Shown one piece after another: positions 7,498 to 18,700 of a stretch of DNA of 28,465 bases (position 1 is the stretch's first letter; each line of letters opens with the position of its first letter). Made by a program: the position numbers and the translations under genes. The notes under the pieces were generated by a model. It was not told the DNA's origin, did no database searches, and worked only from the letters and a program-made list of their open reading frames with translations. The DNA lies in IMG/VR virus record IMGVR_UViG_3300012952_000091, positions 1 through 28,465 of that record. One strand, written 5' to 3'. This DNA comes from a virus (lineage: Duplodnaviria > Caudoviricetes).

Positions 7498-10400
7498 TAT
7501 GCAAGTGCCATACATCTAAGTGCAGAGACCGCTGGAGGTGTACATGTGTTACTACCTTGTCCTACAATCTTAATTGCAAATGCAGTGAATTCAGGTAAGT
7601 CTTCTGCTGTATATTCGTATTCCTTAAAGTTTCTTTGGTCAACCTCGATACCTTTATCGGGTGAACCGTCTGTATTAAAGAACTCAAATCCTATGTCATC
7701 AAGAGGTGTATTTTCATCACTCTTAATAATCTTGAACATATACTTAAGTTCTGTGTTTGGTGGTCTAAAGTTATCTGCAATAACTTTCAAAGTCGTAGCA
7801 GGAGTTTTTAAGTTAACTTTCCTTGTAACATAGACCATTGCATTGTTATCCCCTTCGGGTTCCGTAGAGGCCGAATATGCAACTCCTGTAGGCACATCTG
7901 ATGCACTATCTATGTTATTCAGTCTGTTTGCAATTGCAATTGCACCCACTGTTCCTACATCTAACACTGGTGAAACAGTATTACTTGAGGTAAACATTTG
8001 TAGTAACAATCTAAATGATCTTACACTTGACATTTTGTTTGTTTCGTTTATAGGTGATGCAACTACGGCTGGGTTATCCAAATATGAATTATCATTTAGT
8101 GTGATAAAGTTATTTTGTGACCTTCTTGTATATGCAGTATCACCTGTTGCAATATGTCCTTCGGGTGATTTCATTGCAGTTGATTCTGTACTTGCAATAA
8201 TTTTTGAACCACCTTGACTTATTGAAGGTATCATAGTGTGTAGAGTATCGTAATAGAAGTTTCTTGATTCCATTACATTCTCTCCACCACCGATAGTAGA
8301 CTCTAATGCAGTGTATCCTGATTTGAATTTATTGTTTGCAATATATGTGGACATATCTACTGCAACATTATATGAGTCGATACCTATATCTGATATACCA
8401 GCTGTGTTTGTGTCACCATATGTGATTGTACTTGAACCACCGATTGCATCCACTGGGATACCACCTAGTGTTTGTCCGACTGATCCGACAGTAACTAAGA
8501 AGTCTGCACCACCATTAAAGGTGTCGACTCGTACACTATCAGCAGCTGTATATCCTTGGCCTGGGTTTACAATTCTTGTATCAGTGATACTACCACTTGC
8601 AATTGTAAAGTCTAAAATTAATCCTGAACCTGTTCCACCTGTTGCAGATTGAGTTGTATATGTACCATCTGCTGGTGAACCACCACTCGTATCAAGTGAC
8701 GGACTACTTAAGGTTATAACTGAACCTACTCTATCTCCAGTTATACCTGATATTTGAACATTTGAACTTGTATCATATTGTCCATGCATGTAACTTGAAA
8801 TTTTAACAGTATTAGAACTTACAGTTGTTTGAATTGGATTCTTTGCAAGTTTTTGTGAAGGTACATCTACATTCTCGAAATATACAGATGCAACTTTAGT
8901 ATTATCAAAGTTACAAATCTTCATGTTAAATTTCAAGTCATCTGTTTGTTCTGCAGTCCATGTTGAAGCATTCTGTGATAAGAATAATGAACCTGCGTAT
9001 GGTTGTCCTGAAATTGTTTCTCCAGTGAGTATGTCAGGCTCTCCCATTCTTGAAATGAAACATTCGTAATCATTTGAGTTTGAGTAAACTACAAAACAGT
9101 ATTCTACTTTTTCATTTACAAATACTGGAGAGTCAAATGTAAATGTTGTTTTTGCTGAACCATCTTCTGATATATTAATATCTGCTGGGTTCAATGTCTT
9201 AGTTGAGAATGGTAATACAGTTTGGCCTGGATATCCATTCACCATGTTTCTAATCTCTACTGATACTGGCATGTGAGTTGATTTTGCTTGGAAGAACAAG
9301 TCTATCGAAGTCAACATCATTCCACCTGTTGCCTCACAAATAAATGATTGTGCTAATGGGTCACCCCAACCTCTTTCTAACCTAGACATTGCTCCCCAAT
9401 TTCTTACTAAGTCCATTTGGTCTCCGATTATCGGATCAGGGAAGACTATTGGGTCAGGCGGAATCGGTATAGCAGGTGGCTCAGGTGGAGGCACTGGTAA
9501 AGGCACTGGAGGTGCAGGCGGTATAAAAATTACTGGTGGTACTGTTGGTTGCACTGGTGCTGGGTCGGGTTCAGCAGGAGTAATTTCAACTACAGGTGGT
9601 GTGGTATCTCTTGGGATATCGGGTGCCTGTGTATCTACTCTACTTACATTTAACCTTTCACCTCTTCTTTGTGATTGTCTTGTACCTGATACTGATTGTG
9701 TTATCACTCTACCATTTCTTGTAGAAGTAATTTCTGTTTGTGAACTTGCCAACAATCCTTGAGCTTGGTATGTTGCAGAACCAGTTGAAGGTGGATTCGA
9801 TAAGTTATAGAATGAAGAAGTAATTCTTAATTCTCTCATACCTGTTGGGAATCTCTGAACACTATTGTTAGGAAGTTCAAAGAATCCTCTCAATCTACCA
9901 TTACCATCTGATTTTAAATTTGAAGTTACAGTTGTTCCACCATCTACAGAATAACTTGAATTAAATGGTCTTACAAATTTATCCACTCTAATTCCATCAA
10001 AGAAGAAGAAGTGGTTTGTGCCTGGCTTCAAGTTAGTTGCATCAATCTCAATTGTTCTTGCTCTCATGAACGGTATGATTGATACTGATACTATTCTATC
10101 GTTTCTTGTTTCTACAAAGTCTTCAACTACAGAAGTTGTAACACCAGTTCTAGTTTGTATTTCAGGTGTTTCTGTAATCTCTCTTGTTATTTCTGTTCCA
10201 GCTTGCCATGTTCCACCCTGTAGTGGGTCTCCACTCCATGAACCTGATGAAGTTGATTGTACTTCTGTTGATACACTTGAAGGTTCTCCTGACCATGTTG
10301 TTTGCCATGAGTTCCAAACAGTTCCTAATGAGTTTCCTACTCCAGCTAGAACTGCATCGAAGTTTCCTTCTCTGTTAATTCTGACATCAGGTAATCTCTC

Positions 10401-13400
10401 TGAGTCATTCCATATATCTGTTTCAGGTGTTAGTTTAACATTACCGATAAATGCAAAGACATGATATGGGTTAACATTTATATGTCTTGAAGCTTTGTTC
10501 TGATTCACATATGATGATTGAGTATAAGGTAATGTAATCAAATCACCAGTCTTTTGATAACTAGAAGAAGAACTTGTATTCAGTGCAATATCAAAGAACT
10601 GAGTAAAGGTTTGTGGTCGTAACATACCCATCTTAGTATCGATAGCACACTTATAGTCGGGATGGTTTACATCACCAATCTTATGTCCTCTAAAGTTATC
10701 TACGAGGAATCCTGATTTGAATCTATCGAATCCATCTGCATCTAATACTTGAGCAGACTGGGTATCTTTTTCTAGTAATGATAGAGATGTGACTCTTTCT
10801 AGGTTAGTGACCCTGTTGTTAATCCTACCTATGTCTTTCATCGTAAATCTACGATGGTCAAAAGTTCTTACTCTAATCTTCTTTAAATTTTTTGTATAAG
10901 CTGGAATGAACAACTCAAACATTTCGATTGAGTCATCAATTGCTTTTGGTTTAGTTGGTGACAACGCAGGTGTTCCTGTTGAGATATCAAATCTACCATC
11001 ACTTAATAAGAATACTTTATCTATTCTAGAAGTATAGAATGATATATCACCTGTTGTTGACAATGTTGGAACTGGTGTATCAAATACATTGACACCTGTT
11101 CCTGTAAAACTTCTACTGTAGTAATCGAATGGGTCACCACTTAATCCTGTTGATATGTTCAACGGAGAAGCTGGGTTTGCACCAGCACTTGCATCAGATA
11201 TGTTACTACTTGTATATAATTGTGCAACACTTGGTCTAAAGTCTAATGCATCTGATAATTCGAATTGACCATCGGGTTCTAATCCACCTAGGTCTACTTT
11301 GTTTGGTGAATACACTGGTATATCACCATAATCAATACCGTTATATGAATCTACATCATAGAATTGACCTGTTCCACCTGTGAAGTAATCAAAGACTACG
11401 AGTATTGAATTGTTTGGTGAAGGTGCGCCTGGTTTTAATGTGATCTTACCATGGTCATAGAAACCATCTCTTTGACCATTATCAAAGAAATATCTATCTG
11501 TAATGTTATCACCACCAGCTGTTACTGTTCCAATTGTTCCAGTAAAGTTTGATGTTTGACCTACTACTGCTTCACCTTCGGTGAATGTAAAATTGTTCAT
11601 GTAATAAACAAACGATGCAGAACCAGCGTTGAATTTTATGATTCTTGCTTTTGCACCTGATGTTTGTCCTATGACTTCTTCTTCATTTACTGGTGTTCCT
11701 GATGCAACTGCAAATATACCACTTGGAGGTAATGGTGTAGTACCACCGATACCTTCATAGATACCTCTGATTGCAAAACAGTCTGCAACACCTAATGTGA
11801 TTTCTTTATTGTCGTAACATGTTCCATAGTCATATGCACCTGCGTTACCAGCATATTTTTGACTTACTATTGCACATCTTGACCTCTTAAGTGATTTGTC
11901 ACTATTGACTGGTACACTTAATGTTACTGCATATGATACGATGTAATCAACACCATCATCTGCACCTGTTGTAAATTCATATCTCTCAGTTGTGGCTGTT
12001 GGGTTTGTTTTACTTCCAGCAGTTGTTACTGGGTCTAACTCGACACCCAAAGTATTTGCACCACCACCTGATGCACCATTCAAATCATATACAGATAACT
12101 GGAAGTTATCTCTAGATAATTGTAAGAATGCTTCGTTTGAATCTGTTGTGACTGTAACTTTACCACCTGAAGCAGGAATAATCTTTTGTTTTTTAACTGT
12201 TACATCATCAGGAGTATGTGTCTTGACATAATCTCTTGGCCATGCAAATATAGCTGCAGTTTGGTCTTGGTCATAAATCTTAGTTCTTCTTCTTGCAACA
12301 TTACCTGAGAATGCATCACTTCCACCAGTTGCTGATGACAATGTAAGTGCAATATTACTTGTAATACTTGCAACTACATGTTCAGTTGTACCATTTACAG
12401 TGATTATATCACCTTCTTTTAATTCAGATGTAAATCTAGTTCCGAAACCTGTTACTGCTGTTGATGAGTTTGAAAGTGTAACTGAACCTGTTAGTGTGTT
12501 ATCTTCATCTTGAATTATATCTGCAGTAAAATCTGCAACTGCAGCGTCTGTTCTTTCTTGTCCTATCCCCCTCGCTCTGTCTATGTTATAAGACCTAACT
12601 TCGTTTGCAACACCTCTGTAGTTTTCACCTACGATTGTACATGAGAATGTACCATCACCTGTTGATGATACTGTTTCTCCGTGTTGGAATATACCATTTA
12701 CATCATGGATATAAACTGCATTCGAGTTATTATCGTATGCAATGATACCTGTTGCACCACTTGTTCCACCTACGAGTTTGTCTCCAGCATTTGCAGTTCC
12801 AGTATGAGAACTATAACCAATCTTTGTAAACATTCTTACATCGAAGAGATATAGATTTACTCCGTCTTCTGCAGCTCCTGTATCGTCATGAGAGTCAATG
12901 TATCTGACTCTTCCAAATCCAATATGATCTCCTGAACCTAAACTGCCTGGCGTTAATTCTGCTGGGAATAACTGACATACTCCATGAGGGTCTAGTGCTT
13001 GAGCTCCTGACTCATTTCCAAAATCAGGGAAACCAAAACAGTTTTCTACTTTAATATAGTTTCCTAATCTAGTTGGAGTTTTTGCACCAGCTATTGTTTG
13101 TGTTGTTCTTGCTTTGTTTATCGATAGATTTGATGTTCCAATCTTATCAATCTCATATCCTTTAACATATGCCTTTCCTGGCGATATCTGAAATAGGAAT
13201 TTACTTTCATCACCACCTTGACTCTTGAGATAGAAACCTGCGTTTGTTGTATCGTCTAGGTGTTCTCTCATACTATGAGTAAATTGTTGTGTAATAAAGT
13301 CACCGTTTGCATCGAATGTTCTTCGTGCAAGAGTATTCTCAATTTCAGAATACATCGGTCTTGATTTTTGTAATTGTATTAAACCATTGTTAACTCTAAC

Positions 13401-14240
13401 CAATTCAATAAAGTTTGCATCATCTGTAGAAGTCAATGCAAGTTTTGCTAGTGTTAATGTGAATTGGAATCTGTCAGCACCAGCTGCATTTTCGTTTGAA
13501 GTTCCCTGTGCATTATCATACAACGAAGAATCTTCTGCAGTCGATATCATTGATTCAGTAATAGTTAAACCCACTCTAAATGAAGGTTTTGCATTATACT
13601 TCTCAAGTATTAGTTCTTGTTTTGCTACCTTTACAAAGAATCCTCTGATGAATACAACACCTTCTGAGATATTTGCAATTGAACATCTTCCTATTGGTGT
13701 TTCGGATTCTGCTTCGACTGTAAAGTCATTGTTACTTGCTGTATCTTCTGTTACGACACCAGCATCACTAAATCCACACTTAACAAGTGTTTCTCCAGCT
13801 GTAAATACTGATGAATGGTTTGCGTCTGTTCCTTGTCTTTCGAATCTGACAAAGAGTGTAAGTTTGTCTGTAGTTGTTTCTGCAGTTGAAGTTATAACCT
13901 TTGCAACAACACCTGATGTCTGACCAACTAAATGTTGACCATGGTATAGTTGTCTATATGATTCTGCAGATGCATCACCACTTGAATTAGGGTTATCTGT
14001 TTTAACTTTGACATAGTATAAATCAAAGTCGACATCAGACTGAGCTCCTGTTACAATAGAACCTTCTTGAAAGAAATGGTCACCTAATCTCTCTATCTGA
14101 TTTTGTAAGATAGATTGTGTTTGGGTTAACTCTCTTGCTTGGAGTGGTCTTCCAGCTCGGTATAATACCTTATGAAAGTTTTTAGACTCCGAATAGTCAT
14201 CGTAATAGGGTGTAATGTTTAAATCAGTCTTCTCTGCCAT
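7497..14240 (-). CDS. Large virion structural protein, VrlC-like / DUF4815 family (2247 aa)
   Basis: N-terminal PYYDDY...VLYRAGRPLQARELTQTQSILQNQIE, plus RRFTMKDIGRI...LERVTSLSLLE, DRFKSGFLVDNF, DPLAQSF and FAIKIV...LRCMALA. Follows gp8 as in marine T4-like phages. Confidence 0.9.
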   Translation of the reverse strand: MAEKTDLNITPYYDDYSESKNFHKVLYRAGRPLQARELTQTQSILQNQIERLGDHFFQEGSIVTGAQSDVDFDLYYVKVKTDNPNSSGDASAESYRQLYHGQHLVGQTSGVVAKVITSTAETTTDKLTLFVRFERQGTDANHSSVFTAGETLVKCGFSDAGVVTEDTASNNDFTVEAESETPIGRCSIANISEGVVFIRGFFVKVAKQELILEKYNAKPSFRVGLTITESMISTAEDSSLYDNAQGTSNENAAGADRFQFTLTLAKLALTSTDDANFIELVRVNNGLIQLQKSRPMYSEIENTLARRTFDANGDFITQQFTHSMREHLDDTTNAGFYLKSQGGDESKFLFQISPGKAYVKGYEIDKIGTSNLSINKARTTQTIAGAKTPTRLGNYIKVENCFGFPDFGNESGAQALDPHGVCQLFPAELTPGSLGSGDHIGFGRVRYIDSHDDTGAAEDGVNLYLFDVRMFTKIGYSSHTGTANAGDKLVGGTSGATGIIAYDNNSNAVYIHDVNGIFQHGETVSSTGDGTFSCTIVGENYRGVANEVRSYNIDRARGIGQERTDAAVADFTADIIQDEDNTLTGSVTLSNSSTAVTGFGTRFTSELKEGDIITVNGTTEHVVASITSNIALTLSSATGGSDAFSGNVARRRTKIYDQDQTAAIFAWPRDYVKTHTPDDVTVKKQKIIPASGGKVTVTTDSNEAFLQLSRDNFQLSVYDLNGASGGGANTLGVELDPVTTAGSKTNPTATTERYEFTTGADDGVDYIVSYAVTLSVPVNSDKSLKRSRCAIVSQKYAGNAGAYDYGTCYDNKEITLGVADCFAIRGIYEGIGGTTPLPPSGIFAVASGTPVNEEEVIGQTSGAKARIIKFNAGSASFVYYMNNFTFTEGEAVVGQTSNFTGTIGTVTAGGDNITDRYFFDNGQRDGFYDHGKITLKPGAPSPNNSILVVFDYFTGGTGQFYDVDSYNGIDYGDIPVYSPNKVDLGGLEPDGQFELSDALDFRPSVAQLYTSSNISDASAGANPASPLNISTGLSGDPFDYYSRSFTGTGVNVFDTPVPTLSTTGDISFYTSRIDKVFLLSDGRFDISTGTPALSPTKPKAIDDSIEMFELFIPAYTKNLKKIRVRTFDHRRFTMKDIGRINNRVTNLERVTSLSLLEKDTQSAQVLDADGFDRFKSGFLVDNFRGHKIGDVNHPDYKCAIDTKMGMLRPQTFTQFFDIALNTSSSSSYQKTGDLITLPYTQSSYVNQNKASRHINVNPYHVFAFIGNVKLTPETDIWNDSERLPDVRINREGNFDAVLAGVGNSLGTVWNSWQTTWSGEPSSVSTEVQSTSSGSWSGDPLQGGTWQAGTEITREITETPEIQTRTGVTTSVVEDFVETRNDRIVSVSIIPFMRARTIEIDATNLKPGTNHFFFFDGIRVDKFVRPFNSSYSVDGGTTVTSNLKSDGNGRLRGFFELPNNSVQRFPTGMRELRITSSFYNLSNPPSTGSATYQAQGLLASSQTEITSTRNGRVITQSVSGTRQSQRRGERLNVSRVDTQAPDIPRDTTPPVVEITPAEPDPAPVQPTVPPVIFIPPAPPVPLPVPPPEPPAIPIPPDPIVFPDPIIGDQMDLVRNWGAMSRLERGWGDPLAQSFICEATGGMMLTSIDLFFQAKSTHMPVSVEIRNMVNGYPGQTVLPFSTKTLNPADINISEDGSAKTTFTFDSPVFVNEKVEYCFVVYSNSNDYECFISRMGEPDILTGETISGQPYAGSLFLSQNASTWTAEQTDDLKFNMKICNFDNTKVASVYFENVDVPSQKLAKNPIQTTVSSNTVKISSYMHGQYDTSSNVQISGITGDRVGSVITLSSPSLDTSGGSPADGTYTTQSATGGTGSGLILDFTIASGSITDTRIVNPGQGYTAADSVRVDTFNGGADFLVTVGSVGQTLGGIPVDAIGGSSTITYGDTNTAGISDIGIDSYNVAVDMSTYIANNKFKSGYTALESTIGGGENVMESRNFYYDTLHTMIPSISQGGSKIIASTESTAMKSPEGHIATGDTAYTRRSQNNFITLNDNSYLDNPAVVASPINETNKMSSVRSFRLLLQMFTSSNTVSPVLDVGTVGAIAIANRLNNIDSASDVPTGVAYSASTEPEGDNNAMVYVTRKVNLKTPATTLKVIADNFRPPNTELKYMFKIIKSDENTPLDDIGFEFFNTDGSPDKGIEVDQRNFKEYEYTAEDLPEFTAFAIKIVGQGSNTCTPPAVSALRCMALA

Positions 14241-14277
14241 AGTTTACTCTTATTGTCTGTTAAAGATGTAAAATCAA

Positions 14278-15711
14278 TTACATCTGTATAATCAGCTTGA
14301 TATCTTCAATCTGATCTGCAGCCCTTGTGACTGCTCCCCTGTTCTCGACATACATGATGTTACCTGAGTATTTAACGATTTCGGGGAATGTGCTATCAAC
14401 ACTGGATACTGTTCCAATAGAACTCGCACCCTTATATACTGTATCGGAACTTGAGAAGTTTACATATCCACCAGCACTATTTGCTTGAGGGATATGAGAT
14501 ACAACATTTCCAGTAATAGAAACGATTCTAGACACTGCAACACCTGTACCATCTGAACTTGCATCTCTGATTGTGTCATCTACTGCAAGACCTGTTACTG
14601 ATGAAAGTGTCATTTTATGGTAAGCTGAATAGTTAGTACCTGTTGCAACTGTAGTACCTGCTGAGAATGGGTCTTGTATTAATCCAATTCTTCTAAAGTC
14701 ATTATCTGTTGGGAAGTCACCTGAACCTTCTGCAAACTCTAATCTTGAGTTTACCATGACGAAGTTTCCACCTAGTTCTTCCACTGGGTTTGCACCGTGT
14801 CCATATTGAGGTGCAATCAAAGGTGTTACTACTGCACTTGTAGAAGGAGTTCCAATACCTGAGACACCATCTACATTGATAGTTGCTCTTTTATATCCTG
14901 TACCGTTAGCAGTAACGGTTACATGTGAAACATTTCCTGATGCATTAACATGAACTGTACATACACCACTTGAACCATCTCCATTAATTGCAACACTCGT
15001 ATAATTTCCTTGAGTGTAACCAGCTCCACCGCTGTTTACTTTAACATGAAGTATTCCACCATCTATAGCATTGTTTTCAACATCCCATTGTGCAGAACCA
15101 TCATCAGGAGTATCACCAAGTTCTGTTTGAGCTCCAATAGTTTTAACGGGCATAAAGTCGGTAGTAACAAATTTAATTGTATCGGCAGCTGATACAGTAT
15201 ACATGTACTTCCAAAGATATCCTCGTCCACTTCCAGCACCAGTATCATTAGTTTCTACTAATGCAGTTGCAGAAGTTCCAACTGGTTTAACGGTTGATGC
15301 TACGGTTGAACCATTATCGGCTCTCCCTGTTCTAATGCATTTATAAACATGGAATTCATCAGTGATGACATAATACTTTGAGTCGTATAAGTTTGTTGCA
15401 CTTGTACCTGATGAAGTATTAGTTGCACTGATAGTGTGGTCATACTCATCGTAAGTGGTTCCTGATGTCCAGTTTTCTCTTGTTATTGCATGAGTAACAT
15501 CTGCAGAAGAAACTTTCTTCAATGCTACCATGTCTGAGAATGCATCGTATTCTTCACCAGTTGAATTTGCTGGTGATGGGGGTGATGTGTCATCCGTCCA
15601 TGGGAACGATCTTCCTATGAACATGTATGTTGAAGAAGCTGTTTCTCCAAAATCTTCAATGAATTGTTTAGCACTATGTGTTCTAAACTTTTCGGTTATA
15701 ATTGCTGCCAT
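14278..15711 (-). CDS. gp8: Baseplate wedge subunit gp8
   Basis: MAAIITEKFR, RENWTSGTTYDEY, VYKCI, GYLWKYMYT, GHGANPVEELG, ENRGAVTRAADQIEDIKLII; synteny gp6-gp7-gp8. Confidence 0.9.
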   Translation of the reverse strand: MAAIITEKFRTHSAKQFIEDFGETASSTYMFIGRSFPWTDDTSPPSPANSTGEEYDAFSDMVALKKVSSADVTHAITRENWTSGTTYDEYDHTISATNTSSGTSATNLYDSKYYVITDEFHVYKCIRTGRADNGSTVASTVKPVGTSATALVETNDTGAGSGRGYLWKYMYTVSAADTIKFVTTDFMPVKTIGAQTELGDTPDDGSAQWDVENNAIDGGILHVKVNSGGAGYTQGNYTSVAINGDGSSGVCTVHVNASGNVSHVTVTANGTGYKRATINVDGVSGIGTPSTSAVVTPLIAPQYGHGANPVEELGGNFVMVNSRLEFAEGSGDFPTDNDFRRIGLIQDPFSAGTTVATGTNYSAYHKMTLSSVTGLAVDDTIRDASSDGTGVAVSRIVSITGNVVSHIPQANSAGGYVNFSSSDTVYKGASSIGTVSSVDSTFPEIVKYSGNIMYVENRGAVTRAADQIEDIKLIIQM

Positions 15712-15737
15712 TTTTCTAACTCCGTTAATCTATAGAT

Positions 15738-15756
15738 TATTTATATACTATTTATA
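15738..15756 (-). promoter_or_regulatory. Two tandem T4 late promoters (TATAAATA at 15749-15756 and 15738-15745)
   Basis: Two exact consensus copies 11 bp apart, upstream of gp8. Confidence 0.85.
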
Positions 15757-18700
15757 AAGAACTCAACTGTGAATTCGTAATATTAGATGAAATAACATAA
15801 GAGTTCCATGTCATGTTGGTTCTCTTATACTGTAATTCATCAAAACTTTTTAGTCTATGGTTAGGAACGAATGCATCAAAGTCTTCAAAAGTGAATCCAC
15901 TTTCCTTTGATTCTTCTAAAAGTACCGAACCATGACCATCTTCAAAGACAATTCTGTCTTGGTCATTGTTGTCCAAGCTTTCGTCAAGCAAATAATATGC
16001 AATGTCGTAAACATTTTGGTCAACTATTTTATTTAGGTCACCAATTGTAGTTCCCATAGGAACAAACGAGGTTAATGACCCGCCCTCTGTTCTTTCGTCT
16101 AGGACAACACCACCATCCTCTAGGATAATTGTGTCTCCATCTTCTGTTGTATGATAGAAGTTTGCAAGAGTCTGTACTCTTTCTGTTGCCATATACCTTG
16201 TATTCTCTTTTGTATATGAACCGTCTTCTAATTCCATACCGAAACCATCTTCCGTTATGAATCTTGCACCGAAGCCATCACCCTCATCTTCTTCCATTCT
16301 TAAATTATGTGTTTCTTCTTCTACGATAATCTTACTATGACCATCTTCTAAAACTATTGCCTCTGATGAGAAAGGATGATACGATGGTATTACTATTCCC
16401 TGATCTGCACTTCTTGGATATGGGCCGTCTGATAACCTCTCATATGGACTATGAGATGGATTATTAACATTATCTATATTGAGAACAGTATCAGTATTAC
16501 CTTCGATTACTACAATCTGTCCACCCATACCTGAATGATTGTTACAATAGTAATAATAAGTACCAGCTGTTGTTGGTAAGAATGAAGTAAAGTTAAATCC
16601 TTCATTTACACCACCACTTGAACCTATCTCAGTACCACTATTATGTGAACCATCTGATGTTGCTGATATTTTGAATGGGTGTGCATTACTTGGATAGTTG
16701 AAGTAATATGTAACTCCAGTTTCTAATTCAAGTCGTTTGTTGTTTAGGTTGTTTATCTTGTAAACATTTTGTGATCCATTGTTGACCACGGATACATCAA
16801 TACTCTGAGCTCTTGCAGCTGTATCTCTTCTTGTTCTTTGTCTGACTATTGCACTGGATACAAGTTCTTTTATAATTAAGTTGATACGACCTCTTTGTGA
16901 TGGAAGAGCTGTATCGAATCCTGACAAGTCTATAGGTTTAACTAGAATCATTGGGTCTAGTAAATCTGCTTGGTCTTTATGTGGATGTATCATCACCTCT
17001 GTCAAATGCTCTGTAATTGCATTCTTATCAGGAGCTGATTCTAATATCATATGATATCCATTCTCTAGAATGATGTTTGATTCATCATCTCTTAGAATAG
17101 AATCTGCAGTTTCCAAATCAACATGATATGTTGGGAAAGCTTGCATAATAATTGTTGGTAAAAAGTTAAATCTATTCTCGGATTCTAATCCAGCTACATT
17201 ATTAGTCTCATCGAATGGGTTAACAAAGTTTTTAACTGCAACCTCACCAAAGAATATGTGACCTGATGGATGAACTAAATCCTTGACAATTGCTCTATAT
17301 TTGTTTATACTCTCACCGACTTTGATTATATAAGAGTGTGTCTGATAGAATAGACCATCATGCAAGTTAGCTGTATCTTCATCAAGTGTTCCTTTGTTAT
17401 CAATTAACTGTCTTTGAATGATACCTTCTGCACCTAGTTTACCTCTTGCTTGGAAAGGATTAAATTTCAAACATGTAAATGTATCAACACTATTAAATAA
17501 TACTTGTTCGTTATCTAAGAAGTGTCCGTCTAATTCTGTAAAGGTTAAAACACTTTGGTTTGCATTATAGTTTATAACCTTACCTGTAGACCCTGTAATC
17601 CTTCCTGTAAAAGTTAAGTTTGCTGTTAGTGTTGCAGATGGTGTGGTAATTAACATTTTGGAATGAGATGTTGAATCCATCACCATATCTTCTTTAAAGT
17701 TATATCCTTGGTCTTGGATATTAATTGAACCTACTCCACCAATCTCATCTGAATATGCAAGAAGTTTTGCACCTGTTCCACTTGATACTTTAATTTGTTT
17801 TGCAGTCTTGGCTGTTCCTGATGTACCACCTGTTACTACCTCACCAGCTGATACGAATTGATTCACATCGGTGTGAGTTCTTTTGACTACTAATCGGTTG
17901 TCTTCTTCTTCTATTCGGATAATAGATGCAGTTGCACTTGATGTACCACCTGTAATTGTTTCACCAACTTGGTAACCCGATATGTCTGCTGGGTCTAGAT
18001 AAATGTATCCGCCAGGGAAACACTGAGGTAATGTTGTATAACCTGAGCCTGGTGATCTAACAACTACACTTCTGATAAATGATTCAGTTGTACTAAGTTG
18101 TATTTTATCACCATCTTCCAATATTAGATTATTGAAATCTGTAAAAATTTCTATTAATGCACCAGCACTCTGACCACTGGTGAATGTAACTCTGTCGTTC
18201 TTAAATGTATAATCAGTGTAAGGTGTTTTTTCTATCCCGTCAACAAAAACTTTTACTGAGTTATCGTTGAATAGTATGAGTTGTCCGTTATCATCTGTAT
18301 TACCAACTCCACCAAAAACAGTTTGTCCTGCTGTTGCTGTGATTTCAAATTGACCCCACTCTGTTCTGTTTTCTAAAATTACAACATCTTCTACTGCACC
18401 AATTACAGCTTCTGCAGCGTTACCATCTGCATTAGAATTATCGAAGACAACTATATCTCCTCCGTTGTATCCTGTACCACCATCGACTATGAATACTTTT
18501 TCTACTCCACCTCTTCTTAGTCCATCAATAACACCTTTTGCTTTTACTACATCTCTTCCTGCTTTACCGTCTGTAAAAAGAATCGGGTCATTCAGCGAGT
18601 ACATGGAACCAAAACTTTGGAACTCGTTTAATACTCCTCCTGAATATGACTCGTTATAGTAATCAACATTTGCAGCTGATACCGTTGCATTTGCAACTAG

